Origin: an uncultured Planctomycetia bacterium
GTDB lineage: Bacteria; Omnitrophota; Gorgyraeia; 2-02-FULL-51-18
Assembly (NCBI GenBank): GCA_964606485.1
Contig: CAZSGP010000003.1
Span: 66,481-130,480, forward strand
Length of the DNA stretch: 64,000 nucleotides
Direction: 5' to 3'
Positions 33,333-43,900 of the stretch are shown piece by piece. Within the stretch, counting starts at the first letter, position 1, and the number at the start of each line of letters is the position of its first letter. Made by a program: the position numbers and the translations under genes. Under the pieces are notes generated by a model. That model did not search any database and was not told where the DNA came from. It worked only from the letters and a program-made list of their open reading frames with translations.

Positions 33333-34527
33333 GAAAAATTACGGATCACAACCCAATGCTAAAGGGCATTTCGGGCCTTACGGAGGCAAATACGTTCCAG
33401 AAACGTTGATGGCAGCCCTCGCCGAGCTCGAAAAAGAGTTCAAAGCGTCCAAAAAAGATCCTAAGTTTAAAAAAGAACTTGAACACTACTCGCATCATTT
33501 TGCTGGGCGGCCAACACCGCTAACTCCCGCCAAGCGGCTCGCCAAATACCTAGGCGTGAAAGAAGTTTATTTAAAACGCGAGGACTTGCTTCACACGGGC
33601 TCTCATAAAATCAACAACACCATCGGCCAGGCCCTTTTGACGCTGCGCATGGGCAAAAAAAGAGTGATTGCTGAAACGGGCGCCGGCCAACACGGAGTGG
33701 CGACCGCTACGGTTTGCGCATTGTTTGGTCTTGAGTGCGACGTGTACATGGGCGAAGAAGATGTTCATCGCCAGTCCTTAAACGTATTTCGTATGAAACT
33801 ATTGGGCGCGCGGGTGATACCCGTGAGCTCTGGCTCCAAAACTTTAAAAGACGCGGTGAATGAGGCGATTCGCGATTGGGTGACGAATGTTCGCGACACG
33901 CATTACATTATTGGTTCAGTAATTGGCCCGCATCCGTACCCTCAGATGGTGAGGGATTTTCAGTCTGTCATTGGCCGCGAAACTATTTCCCAGCTCAAAA
34001 AAGAAGGTATTTCCAAACCTGATTATTTGGTGGCTTGTGTGGGTGGGGGTTCTAATAGCATCGGCCTTTTTTATCCTTTTGTAAATTCGGGCGCACGCAT
34101 GATTGGGGTCGAAGCGGCCGGCCTTGGAATTTCAACCGGAAAACACGCCGCAACCTTGAGCGCTGGAAAAATTGGCATTTTACACGGAACTAAAAGCGAA
34201 ATCTTGCAGGATCCATTTGGCCAAATTCAAATCGCACACTCCATTTCAGCGGGTCTGGATTATCCGGGCGTGGGTCCTGAGCATGCGTATCTTAAGAAAA
34301 TTGGTCGCGCCGAATACGGTTCGGTCACCGACGACGAAGCGCTCGAAGGGCTTAAGCTTTTAAGCCGGCTTGAAGGAATTATCCCAGCGCTTGAGCCGGC
34401 GCATGCGTTTGGATACCTCATGAAGCACAAATCGCGTTTTAAAAAGTCAGATCGCATCGTTGTTTGTCTGTCTGGCCGCGGGGACAAAGACGTTCAGCAG
34501 GTTTCGGAATACCTTAAACTCAAATGA
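33319..34527 (+). CDS. trpB: tryptophan synthase beta chain
   Basis: [16 protein letters not shown]...GGGSNSIG. Confidence 0.95.
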   Translation: MPSAKKNYGSQPNAKGHFGPYGGKYVPETLMAALAELEKEFKASKKDPKFKKELEHYSHHFAGRPTPLTPAKRLAKYLGVKEVYLKREDLLHTGSHKINNTIGQALLTLRMGKKRVIAETGAGQHGVATATVCALFGLECDVYMGEEDVHRQSLNVFRMKLLGARVIPVSSGSKTLKDAVNEAIRDWVTNVRDTHYIIGSVIGPHPYPQMVRDFQSVIGRETISQLKKEGISKPDYLVACVGGGSNSIGLFYPFVNSGARMIGVEAAGLGISTGKHAATLSAGKIGILHGTKSEILQDPFGQIQIAHSISAGLDYPGVGPEHAYLKKIGRAEYGSVTDDEALEGLKLLSRLEGIIPALEPAHAFGYLMKHKSRFKKSDRIVVCLSGRGDKDVQQVSEYLKLK

Positions 34528-35321
34528 ATCGCATTCAGAAAAAATTTAAAACGTTAAAAGAAAAAAAACAAAAAGCGCTGATTGTTTTTATCACGGCCGG
34601 CGACCCCTCGCTTAAAAAAACTGAAGAGTTGGTGTTGGCATTTGAAAAAGATGGCGTAGACTTTGTGGAGCTTGGTGTTCCGTTTTCAGATCCGCTCGCG
34701 GACGGCCCTGTGATTCAGGAGTCCTCGACTCGCTCGCTCGCTAACAAAACGACGCTCTCAAAAATTCTTCACACGGCGGAAGCCATTCGTAAAAAATCCG
34801 ACATTCCACTGCTGCTCATGGGGTATTTGAATCCATTTTTAAGTTTCGGGTATGAGCGCTTTGCTAGGGAAGCCAAAAAAGCGGGGATTGACGGGGTGAT
34901 TGTTCCCGATCTTCCTCCGGATGACGAGCATGATTTCGTAAGAGCGGTGGGTTCGCAGGGCATCGATATCGTTTACCTTTTAGCGCCTACAAGCACACCG
35001 GCGCGCACTCAAAAAATTACGCATTTATCAAAAGGATTTGTTTATTACGTGTCGATGACGGGCGTGACGGGTTCAGGCGCAAAACTTTCAGAGAATGTAT
35101 TTTCAAAAGTAGCGATTGCCCAAAAAACATCCAAGAACCCTATTTGTGTCGGTTTTGGTATATCCACTCCGGAGCAGGCGAAGACCGTTTCCGAGAACTC
35201 TGACGGCGTGATTGTCGGAAGCGCACTTGTAAAAGCCTTATTTCAGAATCAGAAGTTAAGCGCCGAAGCTTTTAGCCGTCAATTTGTGCGGCCCTTTGCG
35301 CGCGCTCTAGGAAAAGCATAA
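34524..35321 (+). CDS. trpA: tryptophan synthase alpha chain
   Basis: [12 protein letters not shown]...[17 protein letters not shown]. Confidence 0.9.
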   Translation: MNRIQKKFKTLKEKKQKALIVFITAGDPSLKKTEELVLAFEKDGVDFVELGVPFSDPLADGPVIQESSTRSLANKTTLSKILHTAEAIRKKSDIPLLLMGYLNPFLSFGYERFAREAKKAGIDGVIVPDLPPDDEHDFVRAVGSQGIDIVYLLAPTSTPARTQKITHLSKGFVYYVSMTGVTGSGAKLSENVFSKVAIAQKTSKNPICVGFGISTPEQAKTVSENSDGVIVGSALVKALFQNQKLSAEAFSRQFVRPFARALGKA

Positions 35322-36337
35322 TGCCAAAAGCCGTGATCATGGCGGGCGGGCAGGGCGAACGTTTTTGGCCGCTGACGCGAAAAGAATTTCCCAAGTACCG
35401 CATTAAGCTCGACGGCAAGGCTTCACTGCTCCAGAAGACCTTTAAGAGGCTACTCACCATCTATCAAAAAGAGGATGTGTTTGTAGTTACCACCAAAGAA
35501 CATGAGAAAATCATTCGTAAGGAACTTCCCGGACTTTCAAAAAATAACATTTTGATTGAACCCTTTCGCAAGAACACCGCTCCCGCTATTTTATTTTCTT
35601 GCCTCACCATTCAAAAAAAGTTTGGTTCGGATGAAATCGTAACTTTTTTTCCGGCCGATCACTTAATTCAAAAAGAAGAGCTGTTTCGTCAGACGCTTCG
35701 CACGGCAATTCGCTTGGCAACGGACAAAGACGCGCTTGTGACGATTGGAATTGTGCCCACATTTCCGGCCACGGGTTACGGATACATCGAAGCCTCTAAT
35801 AATGTCCCAGGACACACGGGCGCATACACGGTGAAGCGGTTTAGAGAAAAGCCGGACCGAGTGACGGCAACGCGCTATTTGCGGCAGGAGAATTTTTTCT
35901 GGAATGGCGGAATTTTTACCTGGAAAGCGGGTGTTTTTGTAGAAGCTATTCGACGTTATTCACCAAATCTTCTCCGCACGCTCAACCTGTTAAACCTGAA
36001 ACGTTCTTACGAGAAGCTGGAAGCTATTTCAGTGGATTATGCGGTGCTTGAGAAGGCCCAAAATATTTTGCTCGTGAAAACGGGCATGGATTGGTGCGAC
36101 ATGGGCAGCTGGGATATGTTTTTAGAAAAGGCAAAGAGGGATGCGTCAGGCAACTGGATATTTGGTTCTTGCGCAGCCAAGGAGTGTAGAAACTCTCTCA
36201 TTTTAAATTACACAAGCGAGCCTTTCGCGGCGCTGGGTTTAAGCGAAATGATCGCCGTGAAATCGGATCAGGGTGTTTTAATTTGCCGCCGCACCCGCTC
36301 GGAAGAGGCCGCTCTTCTCTCCAAAAGCCTCAAATGA
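35321..36337 (+). CDS. mannose-1-phosphate guanylyltransferase-like nucleotidyltransferase
   Basis: [25 protein letters not shown], the N-terminus of the GMP/ManC family. Confidence 0.7.
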   Translation: MPKAVIMAGGQGERFWPLTRKEFPKYRIKLDGKASLLQKTFKRLLTIYQKEDVFVVTTKEHEKIIRKELPGLSKNNILIEPFRKNTAPAILFSCLTIQKKFGSDEIVTFFPADHLIQKEELFRQTLRTAIRLATDKDALVTIGIVPTFPATGYGYIEASNNVPGHTGAYTVKRFREKPDRVTATRYLRQENFFWNGGIFTWKAGVFVEAIRRYSPNLLRTLNLLNLKRSYEKLEAISVDYAVLEKAQNILLVKTGMDWCDMGSWDMFLEKAKRDASGNWIFGSCAAKECRNSLILNYTSEPFAALGLSEMIAVKSDQGVLICRRTRSEEAALLSKSLK

Positions 36338-36753
36338 TTAAACCGAGAATCTTAGCTGTTGATTTTGGTGAAAAAAGAATTGGTTTGGCTATTTCGGACC
36401 CTTTATGGTTTTCGGCGCAAGGCCTTGAGACGCTGATGAATCTTGGGCCCAAAAAGGTGCTGGAAGGGCTTCGGAAGGTTTGCGTCGAGTACGACGTCAA
36501 AGAAATTCTAATCGGGCTCCCAATGAATATGAACGGAACGCTCGGCCCCAAAGCGAAAGAAGTACAGGAGCTAATCCCCAAAATCGAAGAAGCGTTAAAA
36601 ATCCCTGTTAAAACTTGGGATGAGCGTTTGACGAGTCGACAGGCCACGCGGACGATGATTGAGGGCGGCTACTCTCGCAAGCGTCAAAAAGAGGAAAGCG
36701 ACCGGCTTGCCGCAACTCTCATTTTACAAAACTATTTGGAGTCTAAACGATAA
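36334..36753 (+). CDS. ruvX: YqgF/RuvX-family putative pre-16S rRNA nuclease / Holliday-junction resolvase-like protein
   Basis: MIKPRILAVDFGEKRIGLAISD. The ATGA overlap with the upstream stop at 36337 sets the start, while the track ORF opens earlier at 36283. Confidence 0.8.
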   Translation: MIKPRILAVDFGEKRIGLAISDPLWFSAQGLETLMNLGPKKVLEGLRKVCVEYDVKEILIGLPMNMNGTLGPKAKEVQELIPKIEEALKIPVKTWDERLTSRQATRTMIEGGYSRKRQKEESDRLAATLILQNYLESKR

Positions 36754-38022
36754 ATGGAACACCATCTCTCAAAATTAAAAAATGGAATACGAGTGGTAAC
36801 AACCCCTATGAAAGAACGCGAATCTGTTTCAATGGGGATCTGGGTGAATGCCGGATCGCGCGATGAAAGCCCGCGCTTAAACGGAATTTCTCATTTTTTG
36901 GAGCATTTAGTTTTCAAGGGAACGGGAAAGCGCACCGCGAACCAAATTAAGGAAGCGGTCGAGGGCGTCGGCGGTAGCCTGAACGCTTTTACGGGAGAAG
37001 AATACACCTGCTTTTTGGCCAAAGTCGCGCGCAAGCACTTTGAAAATGTGTTTGAGGTGTTGGCGGACATGGTCATCAGTGCGAAGCTTGATAAAACGGA
37101 CATCGAAAAAGAGCGCACGGTAATTTTAGAAGAAATCAAAATGACGCAGGATCAACCCTCGCAACTTGTTGAAGAATTTTTGTGTGAAATTTTGTGGCCG
37201 GGACACGCGCTAGGACGCGCCATTGCGGGGACTGCCGAGTCGGTTTCGGGGCTAACGCCGGAGGATATTCGCGAATACCGGGACCGTTTTTATGGAGCCG
37301 CCCACATCACCGTGGCCGCTGCCGGCGCTGTGACACCAAAACTTGTCGAAAAAAAAGCCGCACAATTTTTAACGACAGACCGTTTAAAAAATAATAAAAA
37401 AATAGATCTCTTTCGAGATCCCCGCAAAACAGAGCGCCTCAAACTTCATGTAAAGGCTACCGAGCAAACGCATTTGTCGCTTGCGGTGCATGCGCTTGAG
37501 CGCAATCATCCGAATGAGCGCGCGCTGGATCTTTTGAGTGTGATTTTGGGCGGCAACATGTCGTCCCGTCTCTTTAATGAAGTGCGCGAGGAGCGGGGAC
37601 TTGCTTATGAGATTGGTTCCTCTGAGCGGAAGTTCAAGGAAACAGGAGCGTTCGTGGTCTCAGCGGGGGTTGATCATAAAAAATCCTCTGAAGCGCTGCA
37701 GGTTATTTTGGAAGAGCTTGAGAAAACAACTCAAGCGCTTGTAACCGACGACGAGCTGAAACGCGCAAAAGAGTTTTACTTGGGCCAACTCGGACTTGGA
37801 CTTGAGAATACGATGAATTGTATGATTTGGGCCGGTGAAAGCATCGTCTCGCTCGGAAAGGTCAAAGAGTACACCGACATCGTGAAAGCGGTCCAAAAAA
37901 CGACACGCGAGGACTTGAAAACCGTTGCCAAGAAGTTTCTTCAGCCATCGCGGTTTCATCTTGCCGTGGTGGGCCCGCAGGCCGAAAATCTCAGCAGTTC
38001 GCTGAGGAAAATCTTCTCCTGA
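36754..38022 (+). CDS. M16-family zinc peptidase (insulinase-like)
   Basis: An inverted zinc motif, HFLEHLVFKGT (HxxEH), with an M16 C-terminal domain. Confidence 0.8.
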   Translation: MEHHLSKLKNGIRVVTTPMKERESVSMGIWVNAGSRDESPRLNGISHFLEHLVFKGTGKRTANQIKEAVEGVGGSLNAFTGEEYTCFLAKVARKHFENVFEVLADMVISAKLDKTDIEKERTVILEEIKMTQDQPSQLVEEFLCEILWPGHALGRAIAGTAESVSGLTPEDIREYRDRFYGAAHITVAAAGAVTPKLVEKKAAQFLTTDRLKNNKKIDLFRDPRKTERLKLHVKATEQTHLSLAVHALERNHPNERALDLLSVILGGNMSSRLFNEVREERGLAYEIGSSERKFKETGAFVVSAGVDHKKSSEALQVILEELEKTTQALVTDDELKRAKEFYLGQLGLGLENTMNCMIWAGESIVSLGKVKEYTDIVKAVQKTTREDLKTVAKKFLQPSRFHLAVVGPQAENLSSSLRKIFS

Positions 38023-38058
38023 TTTGATATACTAACAGCTCATTTTTGGGGGCCTTGC

Positions 38059-38703
38059 TTGAATTCGAATCCTATAAAAATAGCACCATCGTTACTGGCG
38101 GCAGACTTTGCTCATTTGGCCACGGAAATTCGTAAAGTGGAGGAGGGCGGTTGCGACCTTCTTCATTTGGACGTGATGGATGGCCACTTTGTGCCCAATA
38201 TTACGATTGGTCCTTTTATTGTCAAAGCGATCCGTAAGATCACAAAACTTCCGCTAGATGCGCATCTTATGATCGAAAATCCCATGAAATACATCGATGC
38301 CTTTGCGGACGCGGGGGCTGATCACATCACGGTTCACGCCGAGGCCTGTGAAAATAATCTGGAAGAAGTTTTAAAAAAAATTAAGTCGCGCAATATCGGC
38401 TGCGGCGTTTCCTTGAGGCCGCCGACACCGATTCATGAAATCGAGTGGCATCTAAAGCAGATTGATATGGTACTTCTTATGACCGTTGAACCGGGGTTTG
38501 GAGGGCAGGCCTTCATGCCGCATGTTCTCGACAAGGTCCGTGATTTGCGCAAGCGTTATTCCAAAGATATTGAAGTGGATGGGGGAATTAACAAAGAAAC
38601 CTCCAAGGAAGTGCTAAAAGCCGGAGCCAATGTGCTTGTGGCGGGTACGGCGATTTTTGGGCAGTCGGATATTCCAAAAGCAATCAGAGAGTTAAGGGGT
38701 TAA
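38059..38703 (+). CDS. rpe: ribulose-phosphate 3-epimerase
   Basis: IAPSLLAADFAHL...LHLDVMDGHFVPNITIGP...GFGGQ. It has a TTG start. Confidence 0.9.
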   Translation: MNSNPIKIAPSLLAADFAHLATEIRKVEEGGCDLLHLDVMDGHFVPNITIGPFIVKAIRKITKLPLDAHLMIENPMKYIDAFADAGADHITVHAEACENNLEEVLKKIKSRNIGCGVSLRPPTPIHEIEWHLKQIDMVLLMTVEPGFGGQAFMPHVLDKVRDLRKRYSKDIEVDGGINKETSKEVLKAGANVLVAGTAIFGQSDIPKAIRELRG

Positions 38704-38705
38704 AA

Positions 38706-40085
38706 ATGTCAGCAATCAAGTTCGGAACCGATGGCTGGAGAGCCATCATGGATCAAGAATTTACATTTGAAAACGTTGAAAAAGTAGCTCAGGCCTTTGC
38801 AGATTTCATGGGAAGCGGAAAGCGCGTAGTCATCGGATACGATTACCGGAAAAACTCCGAAAATTTCGCTAAGGTGTTCGCTGAAATTTTAACCTCCAAC
38901 GGTATTGAGACGGTATTGGCAAGCGAAGCGGGTCCAACGCCTTCGGTAAGTTTTACCATTGTGAAAGAAAAATTCAACGCTGGAATTATTATTACCGCGA
39001 GCCACAATCCCGCGGGCTATAACGGTATTAAAATTAAAAATGATTTTGGTGGATCCGCCGAAAAAACGATCACAGACGCCGTTGAAAAATTAATCGGAAA
39101 AAATCCTGTAAAAAAGGGAAAAACAAATTTTGTCACGCGCAACTTGAATGATAAGTTTTTTGATTTCTTAAAAGCCTATCTTCGGTTGGACGCAATTAAA
39201 AACGCACCGTTTCATATTTTGGTCGACTCAATGCATGGGGTTGGCGCGAAGCGCATTGAGGAGCTTGTGGCCGGCGGAAAAATCAAAGTAACCACGATTC
39301 GCAGTGAGCGCGATTTGACCTTTGGCGGGAATGCTCCTGAGCCGATCGCCAAGAATTTAAGCAAAGCGACAGAGCTCATGAAATCCGGAAAATACGACCT
39401 ATGTGTGGTGACCGACGGCGACGCAGACCGTGTGGGCGCGATTCGTCCGGGTGGTGAGTTTGTTTCCCCGGGCATTATCTTGTCTTTAATTATGAAGCAC
39501 TTTGTTGAAGATCTTGGCCGCAAAGGAAGTGTGGTCACCACCATTTCAAACACAGCGCTTATTTATAAGATTGCTAGAAAATTGGGCTTAACCGTTCACG
39601 AAACGCCGGTCGGGTTTAAATACGTCTGCGAAATCATGCGCCGTGAAAACGTGCTCATTGGCGGCGAAGAATCCGGCGGAATTGGTTTCCAGGATTATCT
39701 CTACGAGCGCGACGGTATTTTATCGGGACTGCTGCTCATGGAGATGATGGCCATGCGCAATCAGAGTTTTGATCAAATCCTGACGGGAGTGGAGAAAGAG
39801 TTTGGGAAGCTTTCTTACGTTCGTCAAGATGTCGATTATCCCAATGAATTAAAGGCAAAGCTGTTTGATCACCTAGCCAAAAACAAGCCGACGGAGTTTC
39901 AGGGGCTTCGCGTCAAAAATATTGGCACTTCCGATGGAACCAAGTTTACACTAGAGGATGATAGCTGGCTCTTGTTTCGCTTGTCGGGAACCGAGCCTAT
40001 TTTAAGAATTTACGCCGAAGCGACCTCCAAAGATCTTGCCGAGAAACTGGTGGCGCAGGGAAAGAGTCTGGCGTTTAGTCTGTGA
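38706..40085 (+). CDS. alpha-D-phosphohexomutase (phosphoglucomutase/phosphomannomutase family)
   Basis: FGTDGWRA...TASHNPAGYNGIK...GGEESGG. Confidence 0.8.
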   Translation: MSAIKFGTDGWRAIMDQEFTFENVEKVAQAFADFMGSGKRVVIGYDYRKNSENFAKVFAEILTSNGIETVLASEAGPTPSVSFTIVKEKFNAGIIITASHNPAGYNGIKIKNDFGGSAEKTITDAVEKLIGKNPVKKGKTNFVTRNLNDKFFDFLKAYLRLDAIKNAPFHILVDSMHGVGAKRIEELVAGGKIKVTTIRSERDLTFGGNAPEPIAKNLSKATELMKSGKYDLCVVTDGDADRVGAIRPGGEFVSPGIILSLIMKHFVEDLGRKGSVVTTISNTALIYKIARKLGLTVHETPVGFKYVCEIMRRENVLIGGEESGGIGFQDYLYERDGILSGLLLMEMMAMRNQSFDQILTGVEKEFGKLSYVRQDVDYPNELKAKLFDHLAKNKPTEFQGLRVKNIGTSDGTKFTLEDDSWLLFRLSGTEPILRIYAEATSKDLAEKLVAQGKSLAFSL

Positions 40086-41878
40086 AGCAAGAGCATCTCC
40101 GAAACTTCTGCATCATCGCCCATATTGATCATGGGAAATCCACGCTCGCGGACCGTATTTTAGAGCACACGGGTGCGATTGATAGTCGCACCTTTCATAA
40201 TCAGATGTTGGATGATATGGAGCTTGAACAGGAGCGCGGCATTACGATCAAAGCGAGCGCTGTTCGCATTACCTACCAACGAAAAGACGGTAAACGGTTT
40301 CTCTTGAATCTTATCGATACACCGGGGCATGTGGATTTTACGTACGAAGTCTCAAAAAGCCTCCGCGCTTGTGAAGGGGCCTTGTTGTTAGTTGATGCCT
40401 CACAGGGCGTTGAAGCACAAACCGTGGCCAATCTGTATTTGGCGGTCGAAAATAGCCTTCAAATTATTCCCGTGATCAATAAAATTGATCTCCCCACCGC
40501 AGACACTGATAAAGTTAAAAAACAAATTCATAAAATTTTAGGGATCGATGAAAATGAAATTGTGCTCGCCAGTGCCAAGATGGGAATCGGGATTGATGAT
40601 ATTTTAGAAAAAGTGGTTGCGACAATTGATGCGCCGGAAGGTGACCCGGAGAAGCCGCTCCGCGCCCTGATTTTTGATTCTAATTTTGATATTTATAAGG
40701 GCGTTATTGTTTATGTGCGTATTTATGACGGGGTGCTAAAAAAGGGGACGAAGGTCCGGATGATGGGCACCGGAAACACCTATGATGTTTTAGAGGTTGG
40801 GTTTTTAGCTCCGAAACCGGTCCAATGCGACGAGCTTGGCGCCGGAGAAGTGGGTTATATCACTTGCAATATTCGCGCAGCCAAAGAAGTGGTTAACGGC
40901 GACACGGTTACCGATCACTTGAACCCGTGCGCCGAAGCGATGCCTGGGTATAAGAAGGTGCAGCCGTTGGTGTTTGCGGGAATTTATCCGGTTAACTCCA
41001 AGGACTTTCAAGATTTAAAAGACGCGATGGAAAAACTACAGCTATCAGACTCTTCCTTTGTTTTTGAAGTTGAAAGCTCCGCCTCTGTCGGATTTGGTTT
41101 TCGTTGCGGGTTTTTAGGTCTGCTTCACATGGAAATTATTCAGGAGCGTCTGGAGCGCGAATACGACATGAATCTCGTCGTGACCACTCCAAGCGTGGTG
41201 TACAAAGTCAAAAAAACAAACGGCGAAATGCTGGAAGTCGAAAATCCATCAAAGATGCCGGACCCCTCTGTGATTGCTGAAATTTTAGAGCCGTTCGTCG
41301 TTTGTGCGCTGATCTCTCCGGTGTCGAGCATTGGCGCCATCATGGAGCTTTGTGAACAAAGACGCGGCATTTACAAATCAACCGAATACATCAGCGAAGA
41401 CCGCGTTAAAATTACTTATGATTTTCCGCTTCTCGAAATCATCGTTGATTTCAACGACCGGGTGAAATCCATCACCAAAGGCTACGGCTCCATGGACTAT
41501 GAGTTTAAAGACCATGAGGCTAGCGACGTGGTGAAGCTTGATATTTTGATCAACAATGAAATTTGTGATTCGTTTAGTTTTATGGCGCACCGGGACAAGG
41601 CTCAGGTTAAGGGTCGCGGTCTCTGCGAGAAGCTAAAGGAGCTGATCCCGCGGCAAATGTTTGAAGTGGTGATTCAGGCTGCCATTGGCAGTAAAGTTAT
41701 TGCGCGTGAAAGTGTGCGGCCTATGGGAAAGAATGTAACTTCGAAATGCTACGGGGGAGACATTACCCGCAAGAGAAAGCTTTGGGAAAAACAGAAAGAA
41801 GGTAAGAAGCGTATGAAGCAATTTGGAAAAGTAGAAATTCCTCAGGAAGCGTTCCTCGCAGCGCTAAAAGTGGAATGA
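40082..41878 (+). CDS. lepA: elongation factor 4 (translational GTPase LepA)
   Basis: NFCIIAHIDHGKSTLADRILE...DTPGHVDF...NKIDLP, with the LepA C-terminal domain. It has a GTG start. Confidence 0.95.
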   Translation: MKQEHLRNFCIIAHIDHGKSTLADRILEHTGAIDSRTFHNQMLDDMELEQERGITIKASAVRITYQRKDGKRFLLNLIDTPGHVDFTYEVSKSLRACEGALLLVDASQGVEAQTVANLYLAVENSLQIIPVINKIDLPTADTDKVKKQIHKILGIDENEIVLASAKMGIGIDDILEKVVATIDAPEGDPEKPLRALIFDSNFDIYKGVIVYVRIYDGVLKKGTKVRMMGTGNTYDVLEVGFLAPKPVQCDELGAGEVGYITCNIRAAKEVVNGDTVTDHLNPCAEAMPGYKKVQPLVFAGIYPVNSKDFQDLKDAMEKLQLSDSSFVFEVESSASVGFGFRCGFLGLLHMEIIQERLEREYDMNLVVTTPSVVYKVKKTNGEMLEVENPSKMPDPSVIAEILEPFVVCALISPVSSIGAIMELCEQRRGIYKSTEYISEDRVKITYDFPLLEIIVDFNDRVKSITKGYGSMDYEFKDHEASDVVKLDILINNEICDSFSFMAHRDKAQVKGRGLCEKLKELIPRQMFEVVIQAAIGSKVIARESVRPMGKNVTSKCYGGDITRKRKLWEKQKEGKKRMKQFGKVEIPQEAFLAALKVE

Positions 41879-42633
41879 AAATGTTTACAGCGCTCGATAA
41901 TCTCATTTACTTAATCTGCAAAGGCATTAATTCGGCACTTCGAATAACCGCAGACGAAGCGATGATTCGCAATGAAATCCGGGAGTGGCGCCAATCCATT
42001 CTCGTGGCTCTTGTGCTCATGATTGTGATCCGCTCTTTTTTTGTTCAAGCCTTTAAAATTCCTTCGGGCTCGATGCGGCCGACACTGATGGAGGGGGATA
42101 AGCTATTTGTTGAGAAGCTTTCGTACCGCTTTTCGGGGCCTAAGCGAGGGGATATCATGGTTTTCAAGTACCCTTACTCGGGCGCGATCTCGTTTATGGA
42201 TCAGAGCATCCTCGTTCGAGATGGCCACATCAATGTTGACGGGGAAGATCTTGAGAGCCCGCCTTTTTACAAAGCGCTTTATTACAAAGTGGTTTACCAC
42301 TATTTAGGAGAGAAAGACTTTATTAAACGGCTCGTGGCTTTTCCGGGTGAAACGGTGGAAATTAAGGACGGAAAAATTTGGGTGAATTCGCAGTGCCTCA
42401 CAGATCCGGAGCTCTTCGGAAAATTTTATTACTATAACCACGATCCGTTTGGCGGGCCCAACGAGAAGATACAAGTTCCCGAAAATTCTTACTACGTCCT
42501 GGGTGACAACAGCGCTAATTCAACCGACAGCCGCTTCTGGGGATTTGTTCCCAAAAAGAACCTTGTAGGTAGGGCGGTATTTCGTTGGTGGGTTTGGCCT
42601 TTTGACGTGAAACGCCTAGGAACACTCCGCTAA
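41875..42633 (+). CDS. lepB: signal peptidase I
   Basis: IPSGSMRPTL...GDNSANSTDSRFWGFVP, the S26 boxes, positioned after lepA. Confidence 0.9.
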   Translation: MKMFTALDNLIYLICKGINSALRITADEAMIRNEIREWRQSILVALVLMIVIRSFFVQAFKIPSGSMRPTLMEGDKLFVEKLSYRFSGPKRGDIMVFKYPYSGAISFMDQSILVRDGHINVDGEDLESPPFYKALYYKVVYHYLGEKDFIKRLVAFPGETVEIKDGKIWVNSQCLTDPELFGKFYYYNHDPFGGPNEKIQVPENSYYVLGDNSANSTDSRFWGFVPKKNLVGRAVFRWWVWPFDVKRLGTLR

Positions 42634-42639
42634 CCAGGA

Positions 42640-43188
42640 ATGAATCTCCCTAGCCAAATTACGCTTTTACGAATTTTGCTTGTTCCGGTGTTTATTGGTC
42701 TTTTAATTTATAGCTCCGGAAACCCTCATTTTTATCATGCGGCGGTCGCCGTTTTTTTGGTGAGTTGTCTGACCGATGCGCTTGATGGATACTTGGCTCG
42801 CCGCCTCGGACAAACTAGCACGTTTGGTCGCATCATAGATCCACTCGCAGATAAAATACTGCTACTGAGTGGCTTTCTCTGTTTGTCTCTTATGGAAAAC
42901 TTGCCGCCGGGCGTTCACATTCCGGGATGGGTGACGATCGCGGTGATTGCTCGTGATGCTGTGATCCTGATCGGTGCCATCGTAATTTATTTGGTTCGCG
43001 GAAAAATAGATCCAGAACCCATGCTGATTGGAAAAATCACTACTTTTGTGCAGATGGCGACTATTGTGCTGGTTCTCTTTAGAGTGCCCGAACCCATTAA
43101 AGTGTTATTATTTTACGGTACTTTTATTTTAACTTTTAGCTCAGGCGTTATTTACATTAATCATGGGAGCAGGGAGTTTCAAGCGTGA
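42640..43188 (+). CDS. pgsA: CDP-diacylglycerol--glycerol-3-phosphate 3-phosphatidyltransferase (second CDP-alcohol phosphatidyltransferase paralogue)
   Basis: ITLLRILLVPVF...CLTDALDGYLARRLGQTSTFGRIIDPLADK. Confidence 0.75.
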   Translation: MNLPSQITLLRILLVPVFIGLLIYSSGNPHFYHAAVAVFLVSCLTDALDGYLARRLGQTSTFGRIIDPLADKILLLSGFLCLSLMENLPPGVHIPGWVTIAVIARDAVILIGAIVIYLVRGKIDPEPMLIGKITTFVQMATIVLVLFRVPEPIKVLLFYGTFILTFSSGVIYINHGSREFQA

Positions 43189-43778
43189 CTCAATTCTTAA
43201 TTTCATTTTTATTGGCATTTTTGTGCGGGTCTCTGCCCACTGCTTATTTAGCGGGGCGCTTCTTTAAAGGCGTGGATATTCGCTCGCTCGGTAGTGGAAA
43301 TGTGGGTGCAACCAATGCCTTTCGCGTGTTTGGAAAAAAAATTGGGTCGCTTGTTTTTTTGATCGATTTTTTAAAAGGGGCGCTACCCACATTCTTTTTC
43401 TTAACATTAATCCGTGGGAGCTCCGCCTTGCCATCCGCTAATCTCTGGATTGGTTTTGGAGCCATTCTGGGGCATGTTTTTACTCCATTTTTAGGATTCA
43501 AAGGAGGAAAGGGAGTGGCAACGGGAGGGGGCGTTCTTTGCGCGGCTTATCCGATATTATTCCTGATTACCGTCGTAGTTTGGACGGTCACTTTTCTACT
43601 GTCTCGAATCGTCTCAGTTAGTTCTATTTTGGCTCTGCTAGCGCTCATCGTTTCAGCGCTGCTATTCGGAGTCGACCAAAAAGCGCTCATTTTCTTTGTT
43701 TTGGTCTCTATTTTCATCATCTGGACCCACCGAACCAATCTTATTCGCCTCGTAAAGGGCAAAGAAAACCGCTTCTAG
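43185..43778 (+). CDS. plsY: glycerol-3-phosphate acyltransferase PlsY
   Basis: GSGNVGATNAFRVFGKK...GGKGVATGGG. Confidence 0.9.
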   Translation: MTQFLISFLLAFLCGSLPTAYLAGRFFKGVDIRSLGSGNVGATNAFRVFGKKIGSLVFLIDFLKGALPTFFFLTLIRGSSALPSANLWIGFGAILGHVFTPFLGFKGGKGVATGGGVLCAAYPILFLITVVVWTVTFLLSRIVSVSSILALLALIVSALLFGVDQKALIFFVLVSIFIIWTHRTNLIRLVKGKENRF

Positions 43779-43802
43779 TTAGTAGTATTAAAACATAGTA
43801 AC

Positions 43803-43831
43803 TTGATTATTTATTAACTCCCATGTATACT
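43803..43831 (+). promoter_or_regulatory. putative sigma70 promoter (TTGATT -35, 17 nt, TATACT -10) in the AT-rich plsY-gpsA gap
   Basis: TTGATT at 43803-43808 and TATACT at 43826-43831, located 70 nt upstream of the small ORF that starts at 43901. Confidence 0.25.
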
Positions 43832-43900
43832 TCTCTTGTTGGGCGATTTTTTTTAGGCTAGATCATTAAAAGCTTAAATAACTTATATTGAAAGAGCGCG

